Shown piece after piece: positions 27,178 to 41,039 of a stretch of DNA of 64,000 nt. The DNA comes from the human T2T-CHM13v2.0 reference genome, Homo sapiens: assembly GCF_009914755.1 (NCBI RefSeq), contig NC_060934.1; one strand, given 5' to 3'. The translations under genes and the position numbers were made by a program. The stretch's first letter is position 1. Each line of letters starts with the position of its first letter. The notes under the pieces are model-generated. The model did not search any database and was not told the origin of the DNA. It was given only the letters and a program-made list of their open reading frames with translations.

Positions 27178-27432
27178 AGAGGCAATGGAGTGTTGTGATT
27201 AAGACGATACACTCAATAGTCATATTGCTGGGCTTAAATCTGGGCTTCATCACTCACTAGCTGTGTGCCCCTGGGCAAGTTACTTAAGTTCCTTGTGTCT
27301 CAGTTTCTTATCCATAAAAATGTGGATAATAACAATAACTACTTCTGATAATTATTGTAAACATTAATTAATATAGTCAGTAAATCTACTTAACGTGGTG
27401 ACTGACACAAAACAAGAACTCAATAAATGCTC
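27178..27432 (+). mobile_element. MIR
   Basis: ctagctgtgtgcccctgggcaagttacttaag...ctcagtttcttatccataaaaatg MIR core. Confidence 0.8.
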
Positions 27433-27449
27433 ATTGGAAGTAACAGGAG

Positions 27450-27730
27450 TATAATGGGTACAAAAAATAGAATGATTAAGATCTACTATTTGATAGCACA
27501 ACAGGGTGACTATAGTTAATAATAGCTTAATTGTATATTTTAAAATTACTTAAAGAGTGTAACTGCATTATTTGTAACTCAAAGGATAAATGCTTGAGGG
27601 CATGGATGCTCCATTCTCCATGATGTGCTCATTTCACATTGCATGCCTGTATCAATACATCTCATGTACCACATAAATGTATACTCCTATGTACCTACAA
27701 AAATTTAAAAAATTAAAATATTTAAAAAAT
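27450..27730 (+). mobile_element. L1MA-type 3'UTR fragment
   Basis: aagatctactatttgatagcacaacagggtgactatag...aaaggataaatgcttgaggg...A-rich end. Confidence 0.85.
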
Positions 27731-28945
27731 TTTTTTAAGTAATAGAGGTAATAATATAATTACATTTTGCTAGATGTTGGAGGGTAGTAACTGCCTTATA
27801 AGTTGTAACCACTTTTTTTTTCTTCAATCACCTGCCTTTCTACTGTGTTAGCTCTTTGGGGACAGTGTCAAGATCTTTCTATTAATGAGGTCCCTGCTCC
27901 TTTGCCACATCTTATATTAGTGAAATATCAACAGGTAGGTGCATTACATTCCACCGTTTTCCTCTTTTGTCTTCATCCTCCTCAAGTTTCTTTCTGATTG
28001 TTCCTTTCTGGCTCAGTAGTTAGAAATATTAAGCCAGTTAAAAATGTGCCTTTCTGTCACCACAGTTTTCCTGGTCAGTAAGATTGGCAGAGTGGCTTAT
28101 AGAATAAGGAGGGGGCTCCTTGCTAGAATAAGGTAAGAGAGCTGCCACTTGCACCTTCCCCTCTTCTCCAGACAGGATAAGCATCTCAGTCCAAGCTGAT
28201 CTTCCCCTCTAAGACAGTAGCCTCTGCTTTCAAAATCACTCTGCTTAGTTCCTCTGTCGACCCAAAGTGTGCTTGTAGCATATCCTCTAAGATAGGACAA
28301 AGGCCAAATCTAGCTTTGTCAAACACACAAGCTCAGACAAAATCCTGAGTTAAAATCCCAGCTCAGTGGCATTCTCTCTAGCTAGATGACCCCTGGCCGC
28401 TGGGAGCCCTGCTCTCTTCATCTCTCAAAGTAAGATCCTCCCTGTCTTGCAGGGTTGTTGTTGACGATGCTATGTAATAATATCTGCAGAAGTACTTTTA
28501 AAACTGTAAGCAACAAATAATAGCTACAGTTATGCTTCCTCCACTGCCATACTGTCTCGCTCCAAAAACAAACCATAGTTGTTCTTCACATATACAATTA
28601 TAGACCTGGAAATAATGAGGCGTTCATCTGCCTGAATCATCTAGAATTACAGAAACAGCAATCTGCTACCACCAACTCAAACTCACTATCATGTCCTCTG
28701 CAGCTAATTGTCTTTGACAATCAATTTAAAAGTTAATAAAAAGGAAACATCTGGTGACAAAAAATAAAGTATTAAAAATGGAAAGAAATACATCAAAATG
28801 ACACAGAATACAACTTACAGGGGCTCCCATTGGCAATATATGCAACAATTTGAATAATGAATGATGACAGTAATAGGTTATAAAACTTTGAATTAAGAAA
28901 CATGAATCCATACTAATTAAACATTTTTTAATATAAAAGTGATGG

Positions 28946-29105
28946 TTAGCTGGATGTGGTGGTGCATGCCTGTACTCCCAGCTACTCAGGGGTACTAAGG
29001 CAGAAGGATCACTTGAACCCAGGAGTTCAAGGCTGCAGTGAACCACTGATCACTCTGTACTCTAGCCTGGATGACAGAGCAAGACCCTGCCTTAAAAAAA
29101 AAAAA
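28946..29105 (+). mobile_element. Alu right monomer
   Basis: ttagctggatgtggtggtgcatgcctg...gacagagcaagaccctg plus an A tail. Confidence 0.9.
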
Positions 29106-29112
29106 GTCTTGA

Positions 29113-29443
<331 letters not shown>

Positions 29444-29494
29444 AGGGGGGACGTTTTTCTTTGTGGAAGAATGCCAACTAACAAATAATAGAAT

Positions 29495-29796
29495 GGTCAG
29501 AGCAGAGTAGTGTGTGCCTGTAATCCCAGCACTTTGGAAGGATTGCTTGATGCCAGGTGCACAAGACTAGCCTGGGCAACATAGGGAGATTTCATCTCTA
29601 CAACAGTAAATAAATAAAGAATTAGCTGGGCGTAGTGGCGTACACCTGTAGTCCCAGCTACTCAGGAGGCTGTAAGGCAGGAAGGTCACTTGAGCCAAGA
29701 AATTTGAGGCTGCAGTGTGCTGTGATCATGCCTGTGAATAGCTACTGCACTTCAGCCTGAACAACATAGCAAGACCCCATCTCTAAAAAAAAAAAA
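29495..29796 (+). mobile_element. AluJ
   Basis: Diverged dimer with an internal deletion and A tail. Confidence 0.88.
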
Positions 29797-30081
29797 TAAT
29801 CAGCATACTGTTAGCCAGCCAGCTCTTGCTGGTATTCTTTCTGCTATTTTTCACAAGTAAATTCACTCTGATCCAAAGTCTTGGGGAAAAAGTGAAATAT
29901 ACATCTCAGCTGAAATAAAGCAAGGTCCCTAGGTCTGTATCAACTATTTCCATGTCTAGAGGTGGTCAGTGAATCTGCCACATAGGTAGCGAGTCACCTT
30001 CTAAGTCAGAAATTCCAGTATCTCGTTGGGAAGGTTAGCCTTTGTCTTGTCGATCCAATGCTTTTAATTGTAGCCATATGA

Positions 30082-31366
30082 TCTCAAAAGCAAATGTAAC
30101 AAAACCAAAAATAGACTAATGGCACTTAATTAAACTGAAGAGCTTTTGTCCAGCAAAAGAAACAATCAGCAGCATAAACAGGAAATCTACAGAATGGGAG
30201 AAAATATTTGCAAATTATGCCTTGACAAAGGACTAACATCCAGAATTTATAAGGAACTTAAACCAACAAGAAAAAAGTGGTCAAAGTACGTGAACAGACA
30301 CTTTTCAAAAGGAGACATATCAGCAACCAACATAAGAAAAATGCCCAACATCATGGTAAACATGGGTTTACTATGAAGCAGGCATTGAGCACAGCATGTC
30401 ACTGAGATTCCCTCCGCTAATCTTTGTAATAACCTTTTTTCTGCTCAGAAGTGGGAACAGATTGAAAGAGGTTAGTAATCTGTTGAAGGTCACACAGCTC
30501 ATAACTGGCAGAGCTGTGTTTTGTCTACGTTAGTTCAAACCCTTTTGTTTTGAATTGTTCTCTACATAATGCCAAAATCAAGTATGAAAGTATCATATTT
30601 TATAAAAATATACATTTCTAATTATCAGAGAAATGCAAACTAAAACCACAATGCGATACCATTTCACACCAGTCAGAATGGCTATTATTAAAAAGTCAAA
30701 AAATAGCAGAAGTTGGCATGGATGTAGAGAAAAGGAAATGCTTACACGCTGTTGGTGGGAATGTAGAGTAGTTCAACCCCTACAGAAAACAGCATGGAAA
30801 TTTCTCAGTGAACTAAAAATAGAATTACTATTTGACCCAGCAATTCCATCACTGGGTATCTACCCAAAGGGAAAAAGTTATTTTATCAAACAGACACTTG
30901 CACTTGTATGTTTATCTCAGCACTATTCACAATAGCGAAGTCATGGAATCAACCTAAGTGTCTATCAGTGGTGCATTAGATAAAGAAAATGTGGTATGTA
31001 TATACCATGCAATACTACAAAGCCATAAAAAAGAGTGAAATCATGTCCTTTGCACCAATGTGGATACAGCTGGAGGCCATTATCCTAGGTGAAATAACTC
31101 AGAAACAGAAAATTCAATACTGCATGTTCTCACTTACACATGAGAGCTAAACAATGGGTATCCAAGGCAAGGACATACAGATGGAAATAATAGACACTGG
31201 AGACCCCAAAAGGGAGGAGAGGAGAAGAGGGGGAAGGATTGATAAACTACCTGTTGGGTACTATGTTCACTGTTTGGGTGATGAGATCACTAGAAGCCCA
31301 AACCCCAGCATTATGAGGTATACCCATGCAAGAAACCTGCGTGTGTACCCCTGAATCTGTAATTAA
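30082..31366 (+). mobile_element. 5'-truncated L1PB-type element (ORF2 C-terminus plus 3'UTR), interrupted at 30354-30617
   Basis: ORF2-like MQTKTTMRYHFTPVRMAIIKKSKN; 3'UTR ...aaacctgcgtgtgtacccctgaatct; TSD aatt(g/t)tagccatatga at 30066-30081 and 31367-31382 (15/16). Confidence 0.9.
30367..30606. repeat. Copy 1 of a ~240-bp local direct duplication (inside L1)
   Basis: Near-identical to 31759-31994. Confidence 0.95.
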
Positions 31367-31758
31367 AATTTTAGCCATATGACCACAGTAAGGGTAAAAA
31401 AACCCCATCACTTGACTTTGAGTGTGAACCTGACTGTATTGATGAGCCGAGATCATCTGTTCAGCTTCATTAATGTGACCAGAAAATCAAGATCTAAAGA
31501 ATGAATGTGAGTGCATTGACTGCCATGCACCTTTTTAAGGTCAGGTCCTGATAACTGATCCAGTGCATTAGGCAACAAAAGAAAGCTCACAGTCACTTTG
31601 AAAATGTCATGTAGGCACCAGTTTCTAAAGCTCCTTTTAGCCAGTATATGTAGAAGCATTTTAGTAACTGTGCTTTATGAGTTTGAAAACTTGGAGACAT
31701 TTTTTTCAATTATAAGTCTTCAGACTAAGTTACTTTAAAAAATGTCTTTCATTTAGCA

Positions 31759-31994
31759 TTTACTAGGAAGCAGGCATTGAGCACAGCATGTCACTTAGAT
31801 TCCCTCCTCTAATCTTTGTAATAACCTTTTTTCTGCTCAGAAGTGGGAACAGATTGAAAGAGGTTAGTAATTTGTTGAAGGTCACACAGCTCATAACTGG
31901 CAGAGCTGTGTTTTGTCTACTTTATTACAAACCCTTTTAAACTGTTCTCTACAATAATGCCAAAATCAAGTATGAAGGTATCATATTTTATAAA
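31759..31994. repeat. Copy 2 (probable donor; MIR-like content) of the ~240-bp duplication
   Basis: tttactaggaagcaggcattgagcacagc...tatcatattttataaa; contains gaggttagtaatttgttgaaggtcacacagct (MIR core-like). Confidence 0.95.
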
Positions 31995-32877
31995 GATTCT
32001 TCTGTTTACCAAAACACAGACACACACAGCACTTTTTAAAGCTGTCAAATACATGGACTTCATTTTTTAGTAGCTTATTAAAGGGAAACTACAAATAGTT
32101 CTTTTGAGAAGATACAATATTGTTCCTGGATGGAAAGTGAAATTTGGATGATCACATTAAGTTTGGAGAATAAATACAAGCTATTAATAAGAACAGTTTG
32201 AATTCTATTTAAAATTCTATTAACAATGTAAAAAGCTTTTTCTTGTATTTATTCCACCTAAGCTCCCTGGACTCACAGTTTACCTTAAAATATCAAGAAA
32301 AGAAGTATAAAAATATTTTTGTTGTATTACATTCCTATATATCCAGTTTTCCCCTAGTTATCAGGTGTCAGAAATAGTGCTATACAGCCTCTAGGTAGAG
32401 TTCTCTTGTGGATGGCAAATAGGCATTCCAGGGATTTGCCCAAAGGTGAATTTTAATGAGATCTGCCTACTTCTTTCTTACCTTGAGAAGTATGAGTTTA
32501 CTCAGGGCTGTGATGGCATGTAAATGAGTTCTGCTCCTATGCTAATTAGATCAGCCCTCTGGAGAGTAGCCAGCTGTTGGTTTTTAAAAGAAATAAAACT
32601 ATAGGTCACAGAAATAAGTCATTTCAAAGCTGGTTTTTAGAGACATTTTCTAGCATAAGAAACAGCCATGTGTCCCAGAAGGAGCAATCAACATGTCTGG
32701 GTAAAGAGAGAGGAGGAGAGTGAGCAGGTAAATAGGATCATTATTTCCAAGCTTTTCCCTGGAATTCATTACCTGCACAAAGTGTAGTCTCCAGACCTTG
32801 AGTGCTGCCTCTATTTTTATTTTACTATAAATTGATGGTTTATACTGATATTTATTAAAAAACAAATAACGGTAACA

Positions 32878-33195
32878 CAGTAGTCCCTACTTATCCTCAG
32901 AGGATGTGTTCCAAGACCCCCAGTGGGTGTGTGAAGCATTGGATACTATGGAACTCTACAAGGTACTATATTTTTTCCTATTCATATCTACCTGTGACAA
33001 TGTTTAATCTATAAAATAGGTACAGTAAGAAACTAACAACAATAAAACAGAATGCTTATAACAGTATACCATAATAAAAGTTATGTGAACGTGGTCTCTT
33101 GCTCCAAAATAACATATTGAATGTAATATTTTCAGACCTTGCTGGACTGTAACTGAAACTGTAGAAAGTGAAACCAAGGGTAAGGAAGACTACTG
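32878..33195. mobile_element. MER44-type (Tigger7-derived) DNA transposon
   Basis: cagtagtccctacttatc...gtaaggaagactactg terminal inverted repeats; internal ttccaagacccccagtgg. Confidence 0.8.
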
Positions 33196-33481
33196 TCATA
33201 AACTCGGTCTTCCTTGGCTCCCAGGGAATTTCACTCTCCTCCTCCTCCAACATCTCCAGTACTTTCTTCTTTGTCATCTTCTCTTGCTTCACTTTCTCTA
33301 CCAACCAGGATTGATTAGATGTTTTCCATATTTGGCTTTGACTCTATTCTCTTTTTTAAAGAAATCTGTCTTGATCATCTTACCCACTTCTAAAGCGTCA
33401 ATCACTAAGGAAAATAAAATCTTTTAAGAATGTGCATGTAATCAAAGAAAAGGGAAGAGATGTTAACATTATCCATCTAAT

Positions 33482-33944
33482 GAGGGCTTCTTACCCCTTT
33501 TTTAGCCATGGACCCCTTTGACAGTCGATGAAACCTATGCATTATTCCCTGAATCATGTTTTTAAATCCATGATTTAAAATACAGAGGATTGCAAAGGAA
33601 ACCAAAAATGTTAAAGTGAGCAGAATATTTTTAGAAATACATTTATAATATGCTCATGTGTATCCTGCAGTACATATTCACGAAATAACAAGATCCAGTC
33701 ACTACCACACTTTCAAAGTAGTGAGAAGGACTTGGAAATGTTGTCTATAACCGTACCACAGGAGGAAAATTTTTAGTGGAGACAAAATTGCAGGTTTCAT
33801 TAATGTTCTTATGGTTTGTTGCCTATGTTCATAACTGAAGGGAAATTTACATTTTAGTTAGTGACTAGGGAAAATAAAGATGTAGAATTCAAGTGCATAG
33901 ATCCCCCTGAATTCTACCCATAGATCCAAGTTTAAGAACACCTG
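33482..33944. mobile_element. hAT-Charlie non-autonomous element (MER119-like)
   Basis: agggcttcttacccc...gccatggacccctttgacag...ttaagaacacctg. Confidence 0.55.
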
Positions 33945-34666
33945 GTCTAAGGATTTCCAAAAAAGATTGGGAATTGTGACTTACTTGTATGCCCAAGAGA
34001 AGCCATAGGGACAGTACGAAGAAGGCGATGTTATGGAGCCATCTGTAATTGTACAATTATACTATATTCCTCCCCTCATATGTTTGGTTTATCTGGGCTT
34101 CCTGTGTCTCCTCTTGTCTTTCTCCATATACCTTTTATATCATATCAAAGCAAAATTTAAACTAGCTAGTTCTTTATTTGGTGGCAGCTGTTGTGTTTTG
34201 GCATTGTTTTGTTGGAGGGATGTTTTTGTTTGTTTACTGGATTGTTTTTTTAAATATATCCATCGGTTGTAGGGGAGGCAGAAACTACTGAGTATCTGGG
34301 ATTATTTATCCATGCTATGACTAGCTTCTATTAACATAGATAATTGGGCTTTAAATGTGGATAGAATTAAGATATCCAACTTCAACCTCTGTCTATTGCC
34401 TTCGAAGGCCTCGAGGTACATCAAATAATCCCCTTTCCATCTTGTAACTCTCTCTCCCCTTGGCTTCCTGAACGCTGCTTCTCCTGGACCCCTCTCATCT
34501 TCCTGCTTCCCTAAAGGTCTCTCTTCTGAACCCTGTCATCTGTTTCACTCAACCACCAGTAGGCATTTCCCTCACTTTAGGCTTTGGACTGGTTTTCTCA
34601 TGGTCTTTTCTTCTTTGATACTCTCCCAATCCCCAATTTACATTATTTCCCCTGTTCTTTGTCAGG

Positions 34667-34982
34667 TTTTTTTTGTTTGTTTGTTTGTTTTTTTGTTTTT
34701 GAGACAGAGTCTCGCTCTGTCACCCAGGCTGGAGTGCAGTGGTGCAATCTCGGTTCACTGCAAGCTCCACCTCCCAGGGTTCATGCCATTCTCCTGCCTC
34801 AGCCTCCCGGGTAGCTAGGACTACAGGTGCCCACCACCACACCTGGCTAATTTTTTGTATTTTTAGTAGAGACGGGGTTTCACTGTGTTAGCCAAGATGG
34901 TCTCGATTTCCTGACCTCATGATCCACCCACCTTGGCCTCCCAAAGTGCTGGGATTATAGGTGTGAGCCACCGCACCTGGCC
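34667..34982 (-). mobile_element. AluY-like
   Basis: Diagnostic cactgcaagctccac, gccattctcc, gtgttagcca. Confidence 0.92.
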
Positions 34983-36218
34983 CATTGTCAGTTTTAATGG
35001 ATCCCAGCTCCCCACCTCCCAGTTGAGATTTTAACGACACCCAACATGCATTCTTTGGACACTCACTGTGCACAATTATACTATAGTATATAGTTACGTT
35101 AGGCACTGGGCATACAATTCCGGACCAACAAAACATCCTGCCCTCACACATCCTATAATCCATCAAGGAAGGCCTTAATCAAGTAATTTCAGGAGTGAGG
35201 TGTAGGGTGAAAGAGGAGGAGCAGGTCACTGCAGAAGTTGATATTAAGGGGATCTAGCCTAGTTTGGGGGTATAAGGAAGCCAATCAGGAGAAGTGAAGT
35301 TTTGATTGGAACTTTAAAGGTTAACTGGGAGATGGCTCAATAACCAGTGTAGGAATTGGGATTAGGACAATGCATGTGAAATGCAAAAGTCAGAAAGAAT
35401 AGTGGGGAAGGAAGTAAAGATGACAAATATGGCTGTGGTATGGAATTCAAAAAGGGCATTTGAATCCAGTGAAGCTGCAGAGAGGCAGGCCAGGCTGGTA
35501 AACACTTGTCAATCATGTGGGGGCAGGTCAAGGGCATCATCCTAAAGACAGTGGGGAGGTCCATAAGAAGTTCCATTAGGCAGCAGGCAGAGTGTCCAGA
35601 TTCACATTTTTAAAAGATTAATCCAACTCTAGTAGGGAAAATCATTTGGAGAAGGGCAGGAACCCATGTGAGGAGACCATTGGAGGGGGTTATACAGCCC
35701 AGTTAAGAGACAATATGTTGGTTTTGCAAGAAAATCTGTGTCCTCATTGTTTCTGCTTTACCTGCCCCTCATACTTTTAAGATTTGACCTTGAAAATGTC
35801 CACTGCATGCTTCTTTTCATTCTCACTGACCAAATTCAAGCTTCTTTTTTCCCCCTGGTCTATTGCAGCGCTTTACTCTCTACTGACTTATCTTCTATTT
35901 CCCGTTTCTCCATGCCAGTGGCGTACAGGTGTGCTGTCAGACTTAGCCCCCTTAAACACACTTGGTTGCTCCCAAATGCAACAAAATTAAGTACAAACTC
36001 TTCTCCTTTGATCACAACCTCTGCAGTGTGGTCCCTACATATGCTGCCAGCTTTCTCCACCATCACAGGCTCCTACCGTAACTTTCCTACTTCACGCTCC
36101 CCTTGGCTCACTAACTCACAAATATACAGACATGCTATGTTTTACAAACTCCTCCCTCCCTCCTAGAATATCTTTCTCTTCCAACTCATTCATAAAAAAT
36201 TTTCATCTTTGAAGACTA

Positions 36219-36285
36219 ATTTCAAGCCCAGCTTCCTCCAGATTTCAAGCCCAGCTTCCTCCAGATTTCAAGCCCAGCTTCCTCC
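36219..36285. repeat. Tandem repeat, 23 bp x ~2.9
   Basis: atttcaagcccagcttcctccag at 36219, 36242, 36265; copies identical over their length. Confidence 0.95.
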
Positions 36286-36907
36286 TAGATGTCCCCAATC
36301 AGAATTTTTCCTTCCTGCGCATGTTCCAGTGATTCTTTAAGTGATGTGTTTTCCCTCTGATTAAGCTTCTTACCCTTGCTTCACCATTTATTAGAGTCTA
36401 CCTCCTATTTGAGTCAGTACATATGAGATAGGCTTTTCCACTAAATTCTGTTTCTGAGGGCTAGGGAGATTTGTGGTAGTCATTTCTGTGTCGCACATAG
36501 TGATTTGCCTGCCCTGTGCTTATAAAGGCTCAACAAATTTTAAATAAATTTTTGGGTGATGATAGGCTGATTGGACTCCAAAACTGCAAATTTATCTGAG
36601 CCACATACCCAGAGCCCATTCTGGTTATAATATTTTAGGTTGATCAAATACAGAACATTTTACTAGCAGTGTTGTTTTTGTTTCAAAAGCTGGCTAAATG
36701 CAACATGTCTCAGTAAGAGTAACAATTAAGTATTTTATTGAGAAGTGCTGAATTCTTTGTTGAAAGCTGAAATTTATTCTATAAGTATTTCGTGAGCCCT
36801 AATTATGTCTCTGGCTCTGTGCATACAACTATGCAAATCGGTGTTCTGGAAGTACCTAGCAGGTATTTTCATAAGGACTTGAGGTTTTCCATCAAGAATT
36901 GCAGGAG

Positions 36908-37238
<331 letters not shown>

Positions 37239-38029
37239 TTAATAAATCTGGAAAAAATAGCTCATTCCTTTGTTCAGAAGTTATCTGTCACCTAACTCAG
37301 AAGTGAAAAAAGGCAGCCAAGGAAAGGTATGACAATACAACAGATATATTGTCAATATAATAAAAAGTATAAAAAGAAAACAAACTTATTAGAATATTGA
37401 CAATTGCAGTTTATTTAGGGCTTGATTATTACTATAATTTTATCCTTTTCTTAGCTCTAATATTAATAAAGCCCTGCAACAATCAGGTTTTATAATTTTC
37501 TTCTCAGTGTCACTTTACACCATAGGCTAGGAAGCATCAGTAGATGCTCAGCAATAATTACTGCATTTATTGAGTTCCAATGTATGCCCCACATTGTTTT
37601 AGAAACTGGAGATAGGCAAAACTCAATTTATAGTCTCAAATAGCTTGCAAAGTAGTATCTTATATAGGAATTGAATTGCTTCCAGGGAAAAATAAAGGAA
37701 TATATTACTAGAAGAAGGTACTTGTGTAGGAAGCTCACAATTTTTTTTCCAGGCTAGATTGAAACTGGACATTAGAGAGATACTCTGTTATTTTCTGAAA
37801 TATGAGTGCTAACTATGGAAAAATAGAGCATAAACTCTCAGAACACAGTAGGTTAGTAGAGGTTAAGTGTAAGAAGACTTTTGTGGAAAAAAATGTAAAT
37901 TATGAGGAGAGAATGCATTCAGAATGAGTAAAGAATATTTTTTAGATGTCTGCTGTATGCATATATAAAGATCTGTGGCTTCTAATTTGACTAGATTTTG
38001 TTTGTCTGTTTTTCAAAATCTTTTCTAAG

Positions 38030-38198
38030 AATTGCCCTGGTGGAAAATATTCCTGAAGGCCTTAACTATTCAGAAAATGCACCATTTCACTTATCACTTT
38101 TCCAAGGCTGGATGAATTTACTCAACATGGCCAAAAAGTCTGTTGACATAGTGTCTTCCCATTGGGATCTCAACCACACTCATCCGTCAGCATGTCAG
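38030..38198 (+). CDS. PLD5: PLD5 internal coding exon (probably exon 3), 169 nt, starts phase 2, ends phase 0
   Basis: Translation (R)IALVENIPEGLNYSENAPFHLSLFQGWMNLLNMAKKSVDIVSSHWDLNHTHPSACQ matches remembered PLD5 protein (PLD3/4/5 family luminal region). Acceptor is ttttctaAG|A (AG 38028-38029) after a T-rich tract; donor is CAG|gtaagc at 38198/38199. Confidence 0.96.
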
Positions 38199-39177
38199 GT
38201 AAGCTACATCCTCTGTGTGTGTGATGATTTTACTTATGTGCATTTTCCACTCCTTAGTATTCTGCTCCTCCACTCCTCAAACTCAAGCTCATCTATTTTA
38301 GTCTATGCGCACCCAGAGTACATGTACATTATTACATTTATGTAGATGTGTCGTTGTTAATCATATGTCACTCAGCTCCTACTAGAATGCCAGGTTTGCA
38401 AGGACAAAATTATGTTTCATCTTTGCCTACAGTCGGCTCTTTATACAGAATTGCCATGTTGTACAACTTCAGGGCGTGCTATTTACATGATAATCTCTGT
38501 CAATGGCATGGTCCAGAATTCTGCTTCGCCTAACTTGCATGTTTACAGTTCTAATTCTGTAACTGCTTGCTGAGGCATTTATTTGGTTAGTTTGTGTTAT
38601 AATTCACCTTTCAAGTTATAATTCACCCACAGCCACATTTTTTTAATAGAGTGAAATTTCCCAGGATAGTTGTTTTTCTCGACTGTCGTATTTGGATGAA
38701 TGGGAAAAAGAAATATGCTTATCTCTTTTAAAAGTAAGGCTCAGAGAACTACCTTTAGAAAACTGACTTAATGATCTAAACAATTTCTGAATAAAATGCT
38801 CTGGGTGTAAGAAAATGGTGCTGGTGATTTTAGTGTGTTTTTCTTTATATTGGTACAACCATGATAGTTTACATTAAGCTACCCTATCTAAATATATAGC
38901 CATTGGCCTACACTTAAATATCATATGTAAGTCAAGGGCAAAATAAGTTTTGTCTCCTTTTATGCAAAATGTAGTGGTATTAAGCTTATAATCATGATCT
39001 CATTGGTACTTTGAAAGCTATTGAATCTATTCAATTATACTATTTTAAAGTCAAAAGTTACTGGAAAATAAAAACAAAAAACACGAAGGCCATAACTAAA
39101 GAAGAATGGAATGAGTTTACTAACTGTGTTCTACACTTTTCCATCTCTACTAAAGTTTAAGTAAGTGTTTCAGGATT

Positions 39178-40370
39178 TACTGTTCCATAATGTCTCCTAA
39201 AATATAGTGGTTTAAAGAAATAGTATCTATTTGTTCATGATTCTGGGCAGGGTTTGGCAGAGAGGACTTATCTCTGATCCATATGGTATTGGCTGGGGTG
39301 GGTTGCCTGGGGATGGAGAATCCTGGATGGCTTTCCTCACATATCTGGTATCTCAGCTGGGGTGACTGGAACATCTGGGATGGCTGAGTCTCTCTGCATG
39401 TTCTGTCATGATTCAGTAAATCATCTTGAGCTCTTTACATGGTGGTTGGATCCTCAAAAGGCAAAGAGCTCTGGAATCCTAGCATGTTGCTCCCAATCTA
39501 TTCCATTGGTAGAAGCACGTCTCAAGTCCAGGAAGGGAGGAGCAACATCCAAGTACAGGAATGAGGATTATTGGTGGCCATCTTTGGAAATAACATACCA
39601 CAGCCCATTCTCTGGCTGTAGCAATTCATATCTCTCTTTTACATGCAAAACACATTCACCTTATTCCTCAAAGTGGGAATTCTACTACATCAAGGGCTCT
39701 GGAGGGAAGCCAGAGATCACCTCCAATACCCCTTTTGCTCTTACGTGGGCTCTTTGGCTAGATCTAGAAATGAAATTGACACCAGGCAGATTAGCAGGAG
39801 AAAAGTCTACAGATTTTATTAGTTTTACTCGTACATGTGGATCTTCACAAGAGAGTGAAGTCCAAAGAAGTGGCCAAAGTAAGATGTTTTTATACTTTTT
39901 AGACAAAGAACGATAAATTTGAGGAGAAATGACAGGACAAAGGGGATGTGTGTGGGGGCAGTCAATTTCTAGGGGAATCACTAGGAGATATAGAAGGGGT
40001 ATAAAACCAGTGGGAGATAGGGTTACTTCATTAAGTGTATTTATTCAGGTCCATGGCAGCCCCCAGTTTCCCGTCTCTGGTGATAAGGGCTATTTTCTCA
40101 CCCTGGTACAGGGAGGGTGTGCTTCTCAGAAGAATCTTTATGGTTTGCTGCCCACAGGAAGAGACAGGTCAGCGATCCCTTACTGAACTACAATTTTCCC
40201 AGTGTTTTCCACTTGAAATAATCACCAATATACCAACCTGACATATTTTGAGATGGCACATCCTTCACTCCTTCAGCTCAAAATCCAGAGTCTCTTTATT
40301 TGCATCAGGTCTGGATCTGAGTGAGGATTCTCATGTGGGCTTCTCTTGATTTGGAAACGTGCAAGCCAAA
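39178..40370 (-). mobile_element. MLT1-type MaLR LTR plus adjacent internal remnant, split by an ERV1 LTR
   Basis: cctaaaatatagtggtttaaag...ttgttcatgattctgggcaggg; flanks of the nested LTR rejoin at gctc. Confidence 0.55.
39700..40275 (-). mobile_element. ERV1 solo LTR (MER34 group)
   Basis: TG...CA termini with 4-bp TSD gctc (39696-39699, 40276-40279); reverse complement starts tgaaggagtgaaggatgtgccatctcaaaatatg. Confidence 0.8.
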
Positions 40371-40393
40371 AATTTGTCTTTTCTTTAGGCTAG

Positions 40394-40739
<346 letters not shown>

Positions 40740-41039
40740 CCTTCTACTTATTTTGAAATGGAGAATAGATTATTGTAAACTGTAGTTTACTTCTATAGTT
40801 ACTATAGAAGTACTTCAAAAACTTGTAATCTGCCTGAAGAATTTCAGCCAGCTTCACAAGTTCATTAGTTGTATTTTCCATGTTCTATTTTATAGCAGGT
40901 GGTACTATTGCAAGCACTCTGCCATTGCATAATACAGATGGCCCTTTCTCAAGGCTTCAAAGGAAATTTCCTACTCTTCTTCCAGCCTTGAATGATAGGA
41001 GTAGAGGCTAGCCTCCACCATGACCCAATCCCACATGGC

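Noticed and set aside
30146-31354. L1 ORF2-like ORFs (also 53117-53466, and ORF1-like 14381-14671)
   Set aside because: Fragments of truncated, frameshifted L1 copies; not functional genes.
36219-36285. CRISPR-like array from 23-bp repeats (also the 20-23-bp repeat pairs at 5773 and 21339)
   Set aside because: The repeats are head-to-tail or only two copies, with no series of unique spacers and no cas genes, in a primate genomic context.
37998-38345. 115-aa ORF as a standalone gene
   Set aside because: Only 38030-38198 is PLD5-like and it is bounded by splice sites; the rest is intron read-through.
39362-39916. Longest ORF in the track (184 aa)
   Set aside because: It spans the junction of an MLT1 remnant and a nested ERV1 LTR, has a non-ATG start and resembles no protein I recognise.
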